From a virus (lineage: Duplodnaviria; Heunggongvirae; Uroviricota; Caudoviricetes), in the IMG/VR virus record IMGVR_UViG_3300028888_000102: a stretch of DNA of 64,000 nt; one strand, written 5' to 3'. Shown piece by piece: positions 19,077 through 27,706 of the stretch. The notes below the pieces were generated by a model that saw only the letters and a program-made list of their open reading frames with translations, searched no databases and was not told where the DNA came from. The translations under genes were made by a program, and so were the position numbers. Position 1 is the first letter of the stretch; each line of letters begins with the position of its first letter.

Positions 19077-19307
19077 TTACGAATCCAATTGTTTTTTCTC
19101 TTTCTTCAACTGCCTGTTATGTAAGATATAAAACAGGTATTCAAAAAATACAGATACCCATCCAACGGTACTAAACAACCACCCGTATTCTTTGATAGAC
19201 CAATTAGTAAAACTAATCACAATTGCAGATGAAAAGGCAATCAGTCCCAAACAGGCTGATATATCACCAATTAGGCCAAACCTTGTGTTATTTTTCTTAT
19301 TCATCAT
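19077..19307 (-). CDS. membrane protein (76 aa)
   Basis: two TM helices. Confidence 0.45.
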   Translation of the reverse strand: MMNKKNNTRFGLIGDISACLGLIAFSSAIVISFTNWSIKEYGWLFSTVGWVSVFFEYLFYILHNRQLKKEKKQLDS

Positions 19308-19554
19308 CTTTTGCTTTATTGATTAATTCCTTGTACATTTGTAACTGAAACTTATACCCGTTTGGGTTTTTTATTGGGTCGCATTTCCAATCAATAACAC
19401 CCATACTATGTTCAGTTTTTGGAAGACAATCCAACATCTCCGGTCCTTCTTGGTTATATTGCTTTAACTCTTCCCAATCTGCAGCCAACTGCTCAGGTGT
19501 GGTATTGTCGAGATATTCGTCAAGTTTTTGTAATATTTTATGTTTTTTTGCCAT
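19297..19554 (-). CDS. hypothetical protein (about 85 aa; start at MAKKHKIL)
   Basis: promoter motif overlaps track start 19581, so ATG 19554 is preferred. Confidence 0.45.
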   Translation of the reverse strand: MAKKHKILQKLDEYLDNTTPEQLAADWEELKQYNQEGPEMLDCLPKTEHSMGVIDWKCDPIKNPNGYKFQLQMYKELINKAKDDE

Positions 19555-19575
19555 TTTGTTGTTGTTAAAATTCTG

Positions 19576-19590
19576 TTGCAAAGATACGTC
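19576..19590 (-). promoter_or_regulatory. promoter motif TTGCAAAGATACGTC
   Basis: 22 nt upstream of ATG 19554. Confidence 0.45.
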
Positions 19591-19706
19591 AAAATATAAA
19601 AACAGCCAAAAATAAAACGTTAAAAAAAATTAATAAAGGTATGCCCCACATTTCACAACGTTGAACATACCTCTCAATAAAAATAATCATTTAAAATCAT
19701 TAAAAA

Positions 19707-20072
19707 TCACTCTAATCTATCTCCAAGTACAAAAATAAATACGTTCTCATCCTCAGGGGCACCCCATTCAATATTACCCTTTCCAACCCGCATTGTGTCA
19801 ATTTTAAATACCATATACGTGTTTGTGTAACCACGTCTGAAGCGTATCTTATCATACTTGATTTCGCTTCCGCTAAGACATTGTGTTCCCTTCATCTGAC
19901 AGATTCTTTCCTCATCATTTGAAGGGAGACTATATGGGCAAACCTTTGGTTTCCCAAAACCCTTAATTCTCTTGCACCAGTAATCCTTGATTTCACGGTA
20001 TTCTTCCTTTTTAATCCCGTTTTCAATCATGTCATACCATTTTGTTTTCAATACCAAGTTTAGTGTTTCCAT
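19707..20072 (-). CDS. hypothetical protein (121 aa), possibly ASCH/PUA-like
   Basis: N-terminal K-x-K-W-Y-D-M-I-x-x-G-x-K-x-x-E-x-R pattern resembles ASCH fold; weak. Confidence 0.45.
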   Translation of the reverse strand: METLNLVLKTKWYDMIENGIKKEEYREIKDYWCKRIKGFGKPKVCPYSLPSNDEERICQMKGTQCLSGSEIKYDKIRFRRGYTNTYMVFKIDTMRVGKGNIEWGAPEDENVFIFVLGDRLE

Positions 20073-20073
20073 G

Positions 20074-20337
20074 TCAAAGTCTTTTTATCACTTTATTTAA
20101 CCAAGGTGTATTAGTAATCAGACAAACTACAGTAGCAATAATCAGTCCATACCACGAAAAACATGTCAGCATGACATAGATGATTATGTCTCCGATTGTA
20201 AGTGTAAACTTCTTCAGTTTAAGTTTCTCAAAAAATGCGGCTGCTACACATAGCAGTAATGTAACAAGGCATCCAAGAAGAAACATCCACGGATTTGTCA
20301 TGACACTAAATACCCGTTCTAAAAATTCCGCAAACAT
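20074..20337 (-). CDS. membrane protein (87 aa)
   Basis: hydrophobic. Confidence 0.45.
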   Translation of the reverse strand: MFAEFLERVFSVMTNPWMFLLGCLVTLLLCVAAAFFEKLKLKKFTLTIGDIIIYVMLTCFSWYGLIIATVVCLITNTPWLNKVIKRL

Positions 20338-20344
20338 AACTTAT

Positions 20345-20674
20345 TCAATCTTTAAATTTAATATTAATTTTTTTGTTTTCCCCTTCTCCTGTTATATCAA
20401 TATTTTCAATCTGGTTAGGCAACTTATCATTTGTATAACATAACCACGCAATTGGGTATTTAACACGGTATCTTATCATTAGCCATATAATTTTTACTTG
20501 TTCGGTTATTTCATCACCACTTGCTTGTATTGCAACTCCTGCCCAAGAAAGGATAACAAGTCCAAGCATAAGACAAAATTCCTGAAAATAGAATTTATAG
20601 CCAATGCACGAAATAATGAACAATATCAATGATAAGGCGCAACCAATTAAATATAATATCAATAGACAAGTCAT
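20345..20674 (-). CDS. membrane protein (109 aa)
   Basis: hydrophobic. Confidence 0.45.
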   Translation of the reverse strand: MTCLLILYLIGCALSLILFIISCIGYKFYFQEFCLMLGLVILSWAGVAIQASGDEITEQVKIIWLMIRYRVKYPIAWLCYTNDKLPNQIENIDITGEGENKKINIKFKD

Positions 20675-21105
20675 TTGTTCATAAGTGTTTTGAGTGTTTC
20701 ACTTACTTCTTTACCTGTAACAGTTGGATACTTTTGTTGAACATATCTGAGTATTTTCCCCATATTCTTCATCTCAGCAGTTTCTCCCGACTCAATAATT
20801 GCTTCAATTAGTTTTTCCTTACTAACCTTTTCAGGTAAAAGGCTTTCAATGATTAGAATCTGATTATCGCGTTCGGCTGTGTCACGTCCTGCCTGTCTGA
20901 AGAAATCACGCTCCTCAACCCAAACCTTTTGCATTTTCTGCAGAATTGAAATTTCTTTTGCTTCATTAAAGTCTTCTGGCTTAAATCCTTTTGAAGTCTC
21001 TACCTTTTGAAATTCAGCCTTAATCATTTTGAACACATTGAGTCTGTCTTTATCACCCGACTTCATTGCGTTCTTAATTTCCTCTGTTAATCTTTCTTTT
21101 AGCAT
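20671..21105 (-). CDS. GatB/YqeY-domain protein
   Basis: LTEEIKNAMKSGDKDRLNVFKMIKAEF...LLPEKVSKEKLIEAIIESG...MGKILRYVQQKY matches YqeY family pattern. Confidence 0.55.
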   Translation of the reverse strand: MLKERLTEEIKNAMKSGDKDRLNVFKMIKAEFQKVETSKGFKPEDFNEAKEISILQKMQKVWVEERDFFRQAGRDTAERDNQILIIESLLPEKVSKEKLIEAIIESGETAEMKNMGKILRYVQQKYPTVTGKEVSETLKTLMNK

Positions 21106-21122
21106 AATCTTATTTTTATATA

Positions 21123-21281
21123 TTAACCTATGTAGTTTTCACTACAAACAACAATTTCTTCATAATAATCGGAAGAAACCATTTTCTTTGTTGTTTCTTC
21201 ACTCAATGGATTAATTATCAATGTCTCGGCAGTTTCAATCACCCAAGGCATAAAGATAACTCCTGTATCATTTTTATCCAT
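21123..21281 (-). CDS. candidate small ORF (52 aa) directly downstream of promoter motif
   Basis: rc ATG 21281, MDKNDTGVIFMPWVIETAETLIINPLSEETTKKMVSSDYYEEIVVCSENYIG; promoter 21300..21315. Confidence 0.35.
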   Translation of the reverse strand: MDKNDTGVIFMPWVIETAETLIINPLSEETTKKMVSSDYYEEIVVCSENYIG

Positions 21282-21299
21282 ATCTTAAATCTTTTGTTG

Positions 21300-21315
21300 T
21301 TGCAAATATACTACA
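21300..21315 (-). promoter_or_regulatory. conserved promoter motif TTGCAAATATACTACA
   Basis: 19 nt upstream of rc ATG 21281. Confidence 0.55.
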
Positions 21316-21341
21316 TAATTTCCGTTTTAAAAAATAAAATG

Positions 21342-21923
21342 TTAAAATTCTATTACATAACCATTTTTCTCTTTCATCTCATTCAGCATCTTATTGTGCT
21401 TTGTAACTACATCCCAATATCTAAGTGACATTAATCTACCAATTTTATCTCTTTCTTCGAGAAATAGTTTTCTTGTCTTAAACCTTTCAGGCCATCCACC
21501 ATTGGTTGTTAATTTTCCTTCCTCATCATAGTATATCACTGCGGGTATATGTTCTGCTGTAACGGAATCTGGTTCACACCCATAGAAATTAATCAGTTTT
21601 TCCTTTTGTTCTTCGAATAGTTTTTCGGCTCTTTCCTTTAACGAAATCGGTAGACAATAATAAAACCTACTGACTCTATCATCGTCATGAAAAACATCTT
21701 TCTTGAAGTCTTTCTTCAGGTCTTCAAATGAACGTTTGATTTCAATTTCAGTAAGATAACCGGTATTTTTTATCACACAGAAATCTGCCTCATGGTTTAG
21801 CAAACCCCAAGACAGGTTTGGAATCATGGTTGATGTCCTTTTGTCCCACCATCCACTCTCCCTGAGTAATACGGTTATATCTTCAACGGAAAATTTTGTC
21901 TCAATTGCCATACACAATATCAT
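21342..21923 (-). CDS. PD-(D/E)xK nuclease-like protein (VRR-NUC-like); likely start MAIETKF at 21911
   Basis: HEADFCVIKNTGYLTEIEIKRS = D-x14-E-x-K motif. Confidence 0.45.
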   Translation of the reverse strand: MILCMAIETKFSVEDITVLLRESGWWDKRTSTMIPNLSWGLLNHEADFCVIKNTGYLTEIEIKRSFEDLKKDFKKDVFHDDDRVSRFYYCLPISLKERAEKLFEEQKEKLINFYGCEPDSVTAEHIPAVIYYDEEGKLTTNGGWPERFKTRKLFLEERDKIGRLMSLRYWDVVTKHNKMLNEMKEKNGYVIEF

Positions 21924-22074
21924 TTAAATAGTCCTCAAGCCAATCGAGGAATGAAAACGCATCAATTACACCAAGGTCTTGATTACCATTCCTCATGGTA
22001 TCAAGAAGAAACTCAGCCAATTCTTCTACGCTAAATAATTTGGCATTGTCAGCCTTAATTTTTTTTGTAGCCAT
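21904..22074 (-). CDS. candidate small ORF (56 aa) overlapping start of nuclease gene
   Basis: rc ATG 22074 MATKKIKADNAKLF...; TGA overlaps ATGGCAATTGA start region. Confidence 0.3.
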
Positions 22075-22092
22075 AATCTTTCATATTTTATT

Positions 22093-23007
22093 TTAATAGT
22101 TCGTAATTAATACTTCGTCTGGTTTTGAAGTTTTATCCTTTGTGTGATAATTGCAATTCTTGTATGTGTAATCTAAATGGTGTATATTGTATTTACTACC
22201 CCAATCAATAAGCAAGTCATTTGTTTTACCTTTGCTAAAAAGAACGTTTGACAAAGCGAACCGTATACCTTTATCATTAAGGCCATCAAGAAGTGAAAGA
22301 AGTTCTTTTTCCCTTGTTTCGTTCCATCCGTCCTTCTCGTTGTACGTTGCACATGTAATAAGATATGGTGGGTCACAATAAACCAAATCGTTTTTTGTAA
22401 GTTTATCAACCTTTAATTCAGTGAAATCCTTATCGGTAAAAATAATATTCTTTTCTCTTAACGCCATATGGAAGTTAATCAAGTTCTGTTTCATTGTATC
22501 ATTAAACCTGCTCCTGTCCTTACCAAAAGGCATATTAAATTCACCCTTTGAATTGAATCTGAACTGATGATTGAATGAATAACAGATAAGAACAAATAGC
22601 ATAAGTGGTGCATGTGGATTTCCACCTTCTGTTTTTCCTGTTACAATATGATTGTAAAATGAACGCATTTCATTATAGCCGTCAACATTCTCCATTGATA
22701 GTTCAAACTTTTCAATCAATGATTCAATATTTTTAATTATGTTGCCTATGTTTTCTGTTTGGAAAAACCTGTATATGTTAATAATGCGTTTCTCTATGTC
22801 GTTTGCTATTATCTTCTTGGCATTGATGTTTATTGCAACGTTAGCACCACCTGTAAATAAATCTACAAACGTGTCTATATTTTCGGGTATTAGAGGCAAG
22901 ATTTGTGGAAGCAATTTATATTTACCCCCTGTGTAATTCATTGGTGATTTAATATATACAGTCTTATTCTTTTTCATTCTTCTCCACTGTTTCTTCTTTA
23001 TCAACAA
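22093..23007 (-). CDS. Dam-family (D12 class) N6-adenine DNA methyltransferase; true start probably MNYTGGKY at about 22941
   Basis: YTGGKYKLL, DLFTGGANV, CDPPYL motifs. Confidence 0.8.
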   Translation of the reverse strand: MLIKKKQWRRMKKNKTVYIKSPMNYTGGKYKLLPQILPLIPENIDTFVDLFTGGANVAININAKKIIANDIEKRIINIYRFFQTENIGNIIKNIESLIEKFELSMENVDGYNEMRSFYNHIVTGKTEGGNPHAPLMLFVLICYSFNHQFRFNSKGEFNMPFGKDRSRFNDTMKQNLINFHMALREKNIIFTDKDFTELKVDKLTKNDLVYCDPPYLITCATYNEKDGWNETREKELLSLLDGLNDKGIRFALSNVLFSKGKTNDLLIDWGSKYNIHHLDYTYKNCNYHTKDKTSKPDEVLITNY

Positions 23008-23233
23008 GTGTAACCTTTACCATCTTTCCTTCATGTATTCCAGATTCAAATGCAAACCCACCTTCATCTTCTCCATCAAGAAACTTGTCAAGATACCAGT
23101 CAAATAATGTTAATATTTCTTCGTCTGTTATCTCTCTTCTGTCATTTAACATTCTATTCTTATCCTGTTTGCTTGTTTTAGCAATATATGCATTGAATAA
23201 TGCACAACAAATATGATAATCTTTTGCCGCCAT
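22964..23233 (-). CDS. hypothetical protein (89 aa)
   Basis: ORF. Confidence 0.45.
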   Translation of the reverse strand: MAAKDYHICCALFNAYIAKTSKQDKNRMLNDRREITDEEILTLFDWYLDKFLDGEDEGGFAFESGIHEGKMVKVTLVDKEETVEKNEKE

Positions 23234-23532
23234 ATTTTTATTCTAATGCTAATCCTGTTTGTGGTACCTCCCTATACTTGTGAGTTTTTGCAAAATAATA
23301 ACCATCTAACCATGCGCGTGCGCGTAATTCAACCCTATCATAAGGGCATAATCTGTCATCAAGGTAAAATGACATTTTTTTTTGCAAACTCAAACATCTC
23401 TTGTTCTGTTGGTGTTAAGTCCTCCCTAACATATCTAACAGATTCTTCGGCTTTTTCGTCTTGACTAATGCTATATGTCGATGTTTTATCGTTCTCATGA
23501 ACAAATATTTCATTCGGTGTATTCATCTTCTT

Positions 23533-23757
23533 CTAATAAATTTCGTATTGCCAATCTCTTTTATCATAAACCATACAGCGATAAGCATTCTCTTTTCCAA
23601 AGCATTGTTCAAGTCGTTTACGCTGGTAATCAGTAAGCCAATCCCAACCCAAACGGCTATCCCAAATATCCTTTTTGACCCTTAATCTAATGACACTTCC
23701 AATTAGACCACCATAAGTGTTGACCGCCTTAACAATAATAAACTTATTCTTTTTCAT
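23533..23757 (-). CDS. hypothetical protein (74 aa)
   Basis: ORF ATGA-coupled to upstream MTase. Confidence 0.45.
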   Translation of the reverse strand: MKKNKFIIVKAVNTYGGLIGSVIRLRVKKDIWDSRLGWDWLTDYQRKRLEQCFGKENAYRCMVYDKRDWQYEIY

Positions 23758-23759
23758 TG

Positions 23760-24587
23760 TTATTTAATGTATAAACTTTCATAAACGATAGAATCATTAG
23801 ATTTTCCAATAACCCTTTTAAATGAACTGTTTCCGCTCTTAATATAAACATGCTTTGAATATAAATCTTCTGGAACGTTGTATGTGTTATCTTCTTCACC
23901 TGATATACCATCATAAGACATTACCCATCGTGCGGGTTGTTTTCTGAGCCAATCAAATAATTCCTGATTGTTAAAACCGCCATAATACATTCCTTTGGTA
24001 CCAGCATATGGTGGGTCAAGATACATGAATACTTTATCGGTTGTCGTTATATCCTTAAAATCGGATTGTACAAATTGAACAGTATTGTCGTTTAGTATGT
24101 CAGACCATTCATATATAATTGGTTTTATCTTTTCGGGCAAAATTCCGTTTCTTGTCACGTGGAATGAATTGTTAAATTCACCGTTCCTGTTGTATCTCGG
24201 CATTCCATTTGTCGTGGTTCTGAGTATAAAGAAAAAATCGTATGGACTATGTTCGTTATTATAGAGTTCCCTCACTTCTTCAAAGTAGCGTTTTTTTCTT
24301 TCCTTATCATCATCCTCGTCATTGAGTTTGTGCCACCTCCTTTCATACGATTCATAAACCGTTTTCGGACTACGTTTTATGACATTCCAAAGATTAATTA
24401 GGTCTTGGTTCACATCTGAACATATATATGCTTCAACCTTAATATCGCTATCAATCAAGGCTCTTAACACCGACGCACCGCCACAAAAAGGTTCAAGGTA
24501 TGTGTTAATTTCTTTCGGAAAATGCTTAATGATTTCATTTGCCTGACTCCTTTTAGAACCAGACCACTTAATTACAGGTTGAAACAT
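23760..24587 (-). CDS. Dam-family (D12 class) N6-adenine DNA methyltransferase
   Basis: IKWSGSKRS, EPFCGGASV, LDPPYAGT motifs. Confidence 0.85.
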   Translation of the reverse strand: MFQPVIKWSGSKRSQANEIIKHFPKEINTYLEPFCGGASVLRALIDSDIKVEAYICSDVNQDLINLWNVIKRSPKTVYESYERRWHKLNDEDDDKERKKRYFEEVRELYNNEHSPYDFFFILRTTTNGMPRYNRNGEFNNSFHVTRNGILPEKIKPIIYEWSDILNDNTVQFVQSDFKDITTTDKVFMYLDPPYAGTKGMYYGGFNNQELFDWLRKQPARWVMSYDGISGEEDNTYNVPEDLYSKHVYIKSGNSSFKRVIGKSNDSIVYESLYIK

Positions 24588-24590
24588 AAT

Positions 24591-25022
24591 TTAGTCCTTT
24601 TCTTTTAACATGATTGCGTTTCCTACAATGTCACCATTGGCAAAAATTCTGGTGATTTTCTTAATTGTTGCCTGTGGATAAAATTCTCTGTAAGCAGCAA
24701 TAGCCTCATCGATTACCTCACCGATGCAAAGGTGTCCGTCTATATCATAGACTTCAACCAGTTTCGTTTTTTTCTCTTCCATCTCTTGTATAAAATTTTT
24801 AACTGTTTCTTGTTGGTCACAATCACATCCAACTGACGCACTTGTCATTGTATATTCAACCCATTGCCCATATGGGCATCCTTCGTGGCAAATCATTGGC
24901 CAAATGCCTTTTCTGCATCCAACCTGTAATCCGCTTATGCTGAAATAGTGAGGGCAATACCATTGCATTCCCTTTTCTTCTAAAACAGGTGTTGTGCTAT
25001 GTGTTGTTTGTTGTTCGTTCAT
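24591..25022 (-). CDS. Cys-rich (zinc-binding?) hypothetical protein (143 aa)
   Basis: CPHY..C..CHEGCPYG..CDCD pattern. Confidence 0.5.
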   Translation of the reverse strand: MNEQQTTHSTTPVLEEKGMQWYCPHYFSISGLQVGCRKGIWPMICHEGCPYGQWVEYTMTSASVGCDCDQQETVKNFIQEMEEKKTKLVEVYDIDGHLCIGEVIDEAIAAYREFYPQATIKKITRIFANGDIVGNAIMLKEKD

Positions 25023-25267
25023 ATGTTAAAGTATATTCCAAATCCGATTGAGGAAATTGTTATAAACAGTAATTTCCAGAATATATCATAGTTCACATTA
25101 ATGTTATTGTTTTGAAAAGCCTTACCAAGAGTTGTCATAACAATGTTGAAAAACATCATCGTTGAAAAAATTGATATACTTAAGACGAGTGCCTTAATAC
25201 CAATAACGTTATCAACAATGATAAGTGCAACTATTGCGGCTATTAAAGTTAAAAGGTAGTATTTCAT
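25019..25267 (-). CDS. membrane protein (82 aa)
   Basis: hydrophobic. Confidence 0.45.
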   Translation of the reverse strand: MKYYLLTLIAAIVALIIVDNVIGIKALVLSISIFSTMMFFNIVMTTLGKAFQNNNINVNYDIFWKLLFITISSIGFGIYFNI

Positions 25268-25272
25268 ATCGG

Positions 25273-25596
25273 TTATCTATTAAAGAAAAACCTTAGATTG
25301 TTTTCTTTGGCAATTTTCTCATATCTGTCATTTAGTTGCTTCTCTTCATCAGACATTCCCCCATTTTTATCTGGAAAATTCCAATGGGTTAATAATTCCA
25401 ATTCTTGTAACAAGTGTTCTGTTTTCTCTTTGTTTTGTTCAAAAAACGCGGCTGCTATAATTAACGAAACCTGCTGGTTTGCTTTTGCGCAAGCAGTAAG
25501 TCGTTTTGTTCCTATTGCAGTTAAGTCTGAAACGCTACCGACATCATTGGTAAATTCGTACAGACTACCTATAGCCTCTTTTTGCCACTTTTTCAT
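25273..25596 (-). CDS. hypothetical protein (107 aa)
   Basis: ORF. Confidence 0.5.
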   Translation of the reverse strand: MKKWQKEAIGSLYEFTNDVGSVSDLTAIGTKRLTACAKANQQVSLIIAAAFFEQNKEKTEHLLQELELLTHWNFPDKNGGMSDEEKQLNDRYEKIAKENNLRFFFNR

Positions 25597-25863
25597 CTAC
25601 TTACTACAAATGATTACAATCAATAACAATACTAACAATAAAACAATAATTGCAAAAGGTATCCATAATGGAGAAAGTACCCATAGCCAAGACCAGTCAA
25701 TTACATGACATAATTTTAAAACAATAAAGGCGATTGCCAATAATCCGGTGAAACCTATTCCATTTCGTGTTACTTGTTTTTCCATATATTGTGTTTTTTT
25801 TATCTCATAATAAAAAGCAAGTTGTGCATAGTCAGTTGTAACCAATAACGAAATCCAAAGCAA
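25597..25863 (-). CDS. membrane protein (88 aa)
   Basis: hydrophobic. Confidence 0.45.
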   Translation of the reverse strand: MLWISLLVTTDYAQLAFYYEIKKTQYMEKQVTRNGIGFTGLLAIAFIVLKLCHVIDWSWLWVLSPLWIPFAIIVLLLVLLLIVIICSK

Positions 25864-26097
25864 GAGCGAGAACCATCAGATACAGCAAAAACAAAATCAG
25901 TTTTGCCTAAATGTCAATCAAGACACTTACAAAGAACGTTATAGTATATGGCTTTACTTTGTATCCGATGCCGTATTTGTTATGCTTAATTCATTTGTTA
26001 CAATAAGTTAAAGACCCAAAGCGGGCCGTACAACCGACCATGCACATTCATGTAAGTTTCGGACAATTCTTCAGTCTTACATTACAAGCCTTGTAGG

Positions 26098-27027
26098 TTA
26101 CTCGCCCTCAACGGACTTGCCTTCCTTCTTCTTCCCGAAAGCATTAACCTTCTTATAGGTTTCGATAAGGTTGTTCGGGGTTACGATTTTCAACTTTTCG
26201 ATGCGGGCGAGTTCTTCCTTCTTCCACGCCTCAAACTTGGCATAGAGTGCGCTACGCAATTCGGTGTACTCATCGTACTCCGCAGCATACTTGGCTGTCT
26301 TTTCGATTTGGTCAGCCCTTACAGCCATGTCAATCTTGTGCTTGTAGCCATTCAGCCTTGACTGTGCCTCACGATGCGTTACACGCATGGAGAATAATAG
26401 GTCATCAACTTCCTTCAATTGAACAGAAGGTGTGTACGTGGTTATGATTGTGTCTCTACCACTACCTTCTTTCTTTACGGGGTTGTTGATTTTATTGGAC
26501 AGGTCAGCCCTTGCAATAGAGAACGCGCCTCTTGGGTGGATATATTTGCCGTAGGTGGAAACAATCGCTTGCAGCCTGAGCATTTCATGGCGTTCTTTGA
26601 TGCTCATCTCTGCCAGAACATCATTCTCCGTGATGGTAGGCTCTTGTGTTGGACGAACAGGCATCTCAATGCCAAACTTCTCAGCAAACTCATCGATTGT
26701 CATCCTGTTGAGTGCCGAAACCTTTGCTTCGTGTGCCTTGATAGCCTCTCTGTAGTAACCAATGAGGTCTTTCATCTCGATGATGACAGGAATTTTCTCC
26801 AAGACTGATTGCAGTCTCTCTGAGTCCCAACCGATTTCGGTACGGTTGACCTTTTCCTCGCCAACAACTTGGATGTCGGCATGCCTGAATCGTGCAGAAT
26901 CAATATCGTTAAGGATTGTTTCATAATACTCCTTAGCGTTGTCGCAAATATTCTCTGCGCTTGTGCAGGTTAAACCATTCTCACCAAAGAACACGTCGTT
27001 TTTGTCTTTCTTGTTTTCCATTTTCAA
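26098..27027 (-). CDS. hypothetical protein (309 aa), higher GC than neighbours; positioned with exonuclease/SSB
   Basis: promoter motif 27058..27073 upstream; composition shift read directly. Confidence 0.6.
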   Translation of the reverse strand: MKMENKKDKNDVFFGENGLTCTSAENICDNAKEYYETILNDIDSARFRHADIQVVGEEKVNRTEIGWDSERLQSVLEKIPVIIEMKDLIGYYREAIKAHEAKVSALNRMTIDEFAEKFGIEMPVRPTQEPTITENDVLAEMSIKERHEMLRLQAIVSTYGKYIHPRGAFSIARADLSNKINNPVKKEGSGRDTIITTYTPSVQLKEVDDLLFSMRVTHREAQSRLNGYKHKIDMAVRADQIEKTAKYAAEYDEYTELRSALYAKFEAWKKEELARIEKLKIVTPNNLIETYKKVNAFGKKKEGKSVEGE

Positions 27028-27057
27028 AAGATTTTAGGTTTCACAAAGTTTTTTTCG

Positions 27058-27073
27058 TTGCAAAGATACTACA
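27058..27073 (-). promoter_or_regulatory. promoter motif TTGCAAAGATACTACA
   Basis: 31 nt upstream of ATG 27027. Confidence 0.55.
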
Positions 27074-27126
27074 AGTTTTTTAAACCACCAAATTTTTTAG
27101 CAAAAAGTTTTGTTAAAAATTGTTAA

Positions 27127-27591
27127 TTAGAAGGGAAGGTCATCAGCAGGTACATCTTCCACAGCGGCTTTACTTGACTTTTTAGGTTTTGATTCTTCTG
27201 GTTGTAATGTCTCAGGCTTTTCGGTCTGTGGGGCATCAGAAGTCATGTTGTCCATGTCACTTGCTTCATGCTTTTGTGTGGATTGCCCGTTCCCATCATT
27301 CACAAACGAAGCTTCTGTAAGCCAAAGATTATTTGAAACTGTGGCCACTTGCTGATTGTTCACATAAATCTCATTTGAATAAGCACCACTTACAATAAGA
27401 CGTGTGCCCTTTTTAATAAACTTCTTGGCCAATGACACAATGTTGCCCTGTGAAGTTCTGCATGTGAACCAAAAGTCCTCTTTCTTGTCATCGTGGTTAA
27501 CCATCCTGAACTCTACGAATGTAGTCCCATTTGTAGATACCTTAATTTGCGGTTCACTGCAAACAATTCCGTTAACAATTAAAGTTTTCAT
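27127..27591 (-). CDS. ssb: single-stranded DNA-binding protein
   Basis: OB-fold-like N-terminus, Gly/Gln/Pro-rich linker, acidic C-terminal tail ending DDLPF. Confidence 0.8.
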   Translation of the reverse strand: MKTLIVNGIVCSEPQIKVSTNGTTFVEFRMVNHDDKKEDFWFTCRTSQGNIVSLAKKFIKKGTRLIVSGAYSNEIYVNNQQVATVSNNLWLTEASFVNDGNGQSTQKHEASDMDNMTSDAPQTEKPETLQPEESKPKKSSKAAVEDVPADDLPF

Positions 27592-27651
27592 CTTTCACTT
27601 CTTTTTTATAAATGTGTTTTCGTTAATTAAATTCCTAAATAAAAAATTTCA

Positions 27652-27667
27652 TTGCAAATATACTACA
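27652..27667 (-). promoter_or_regulatory. conserved promoter motif TTGCAAATATACTACA
   Basis: upstream of ssb. Confidence 0.6.
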
Positions 27668-27706
27668 CAGTTTTGAAAAAACAAAACCTAATAGTGTTAA
27701 TAAACG

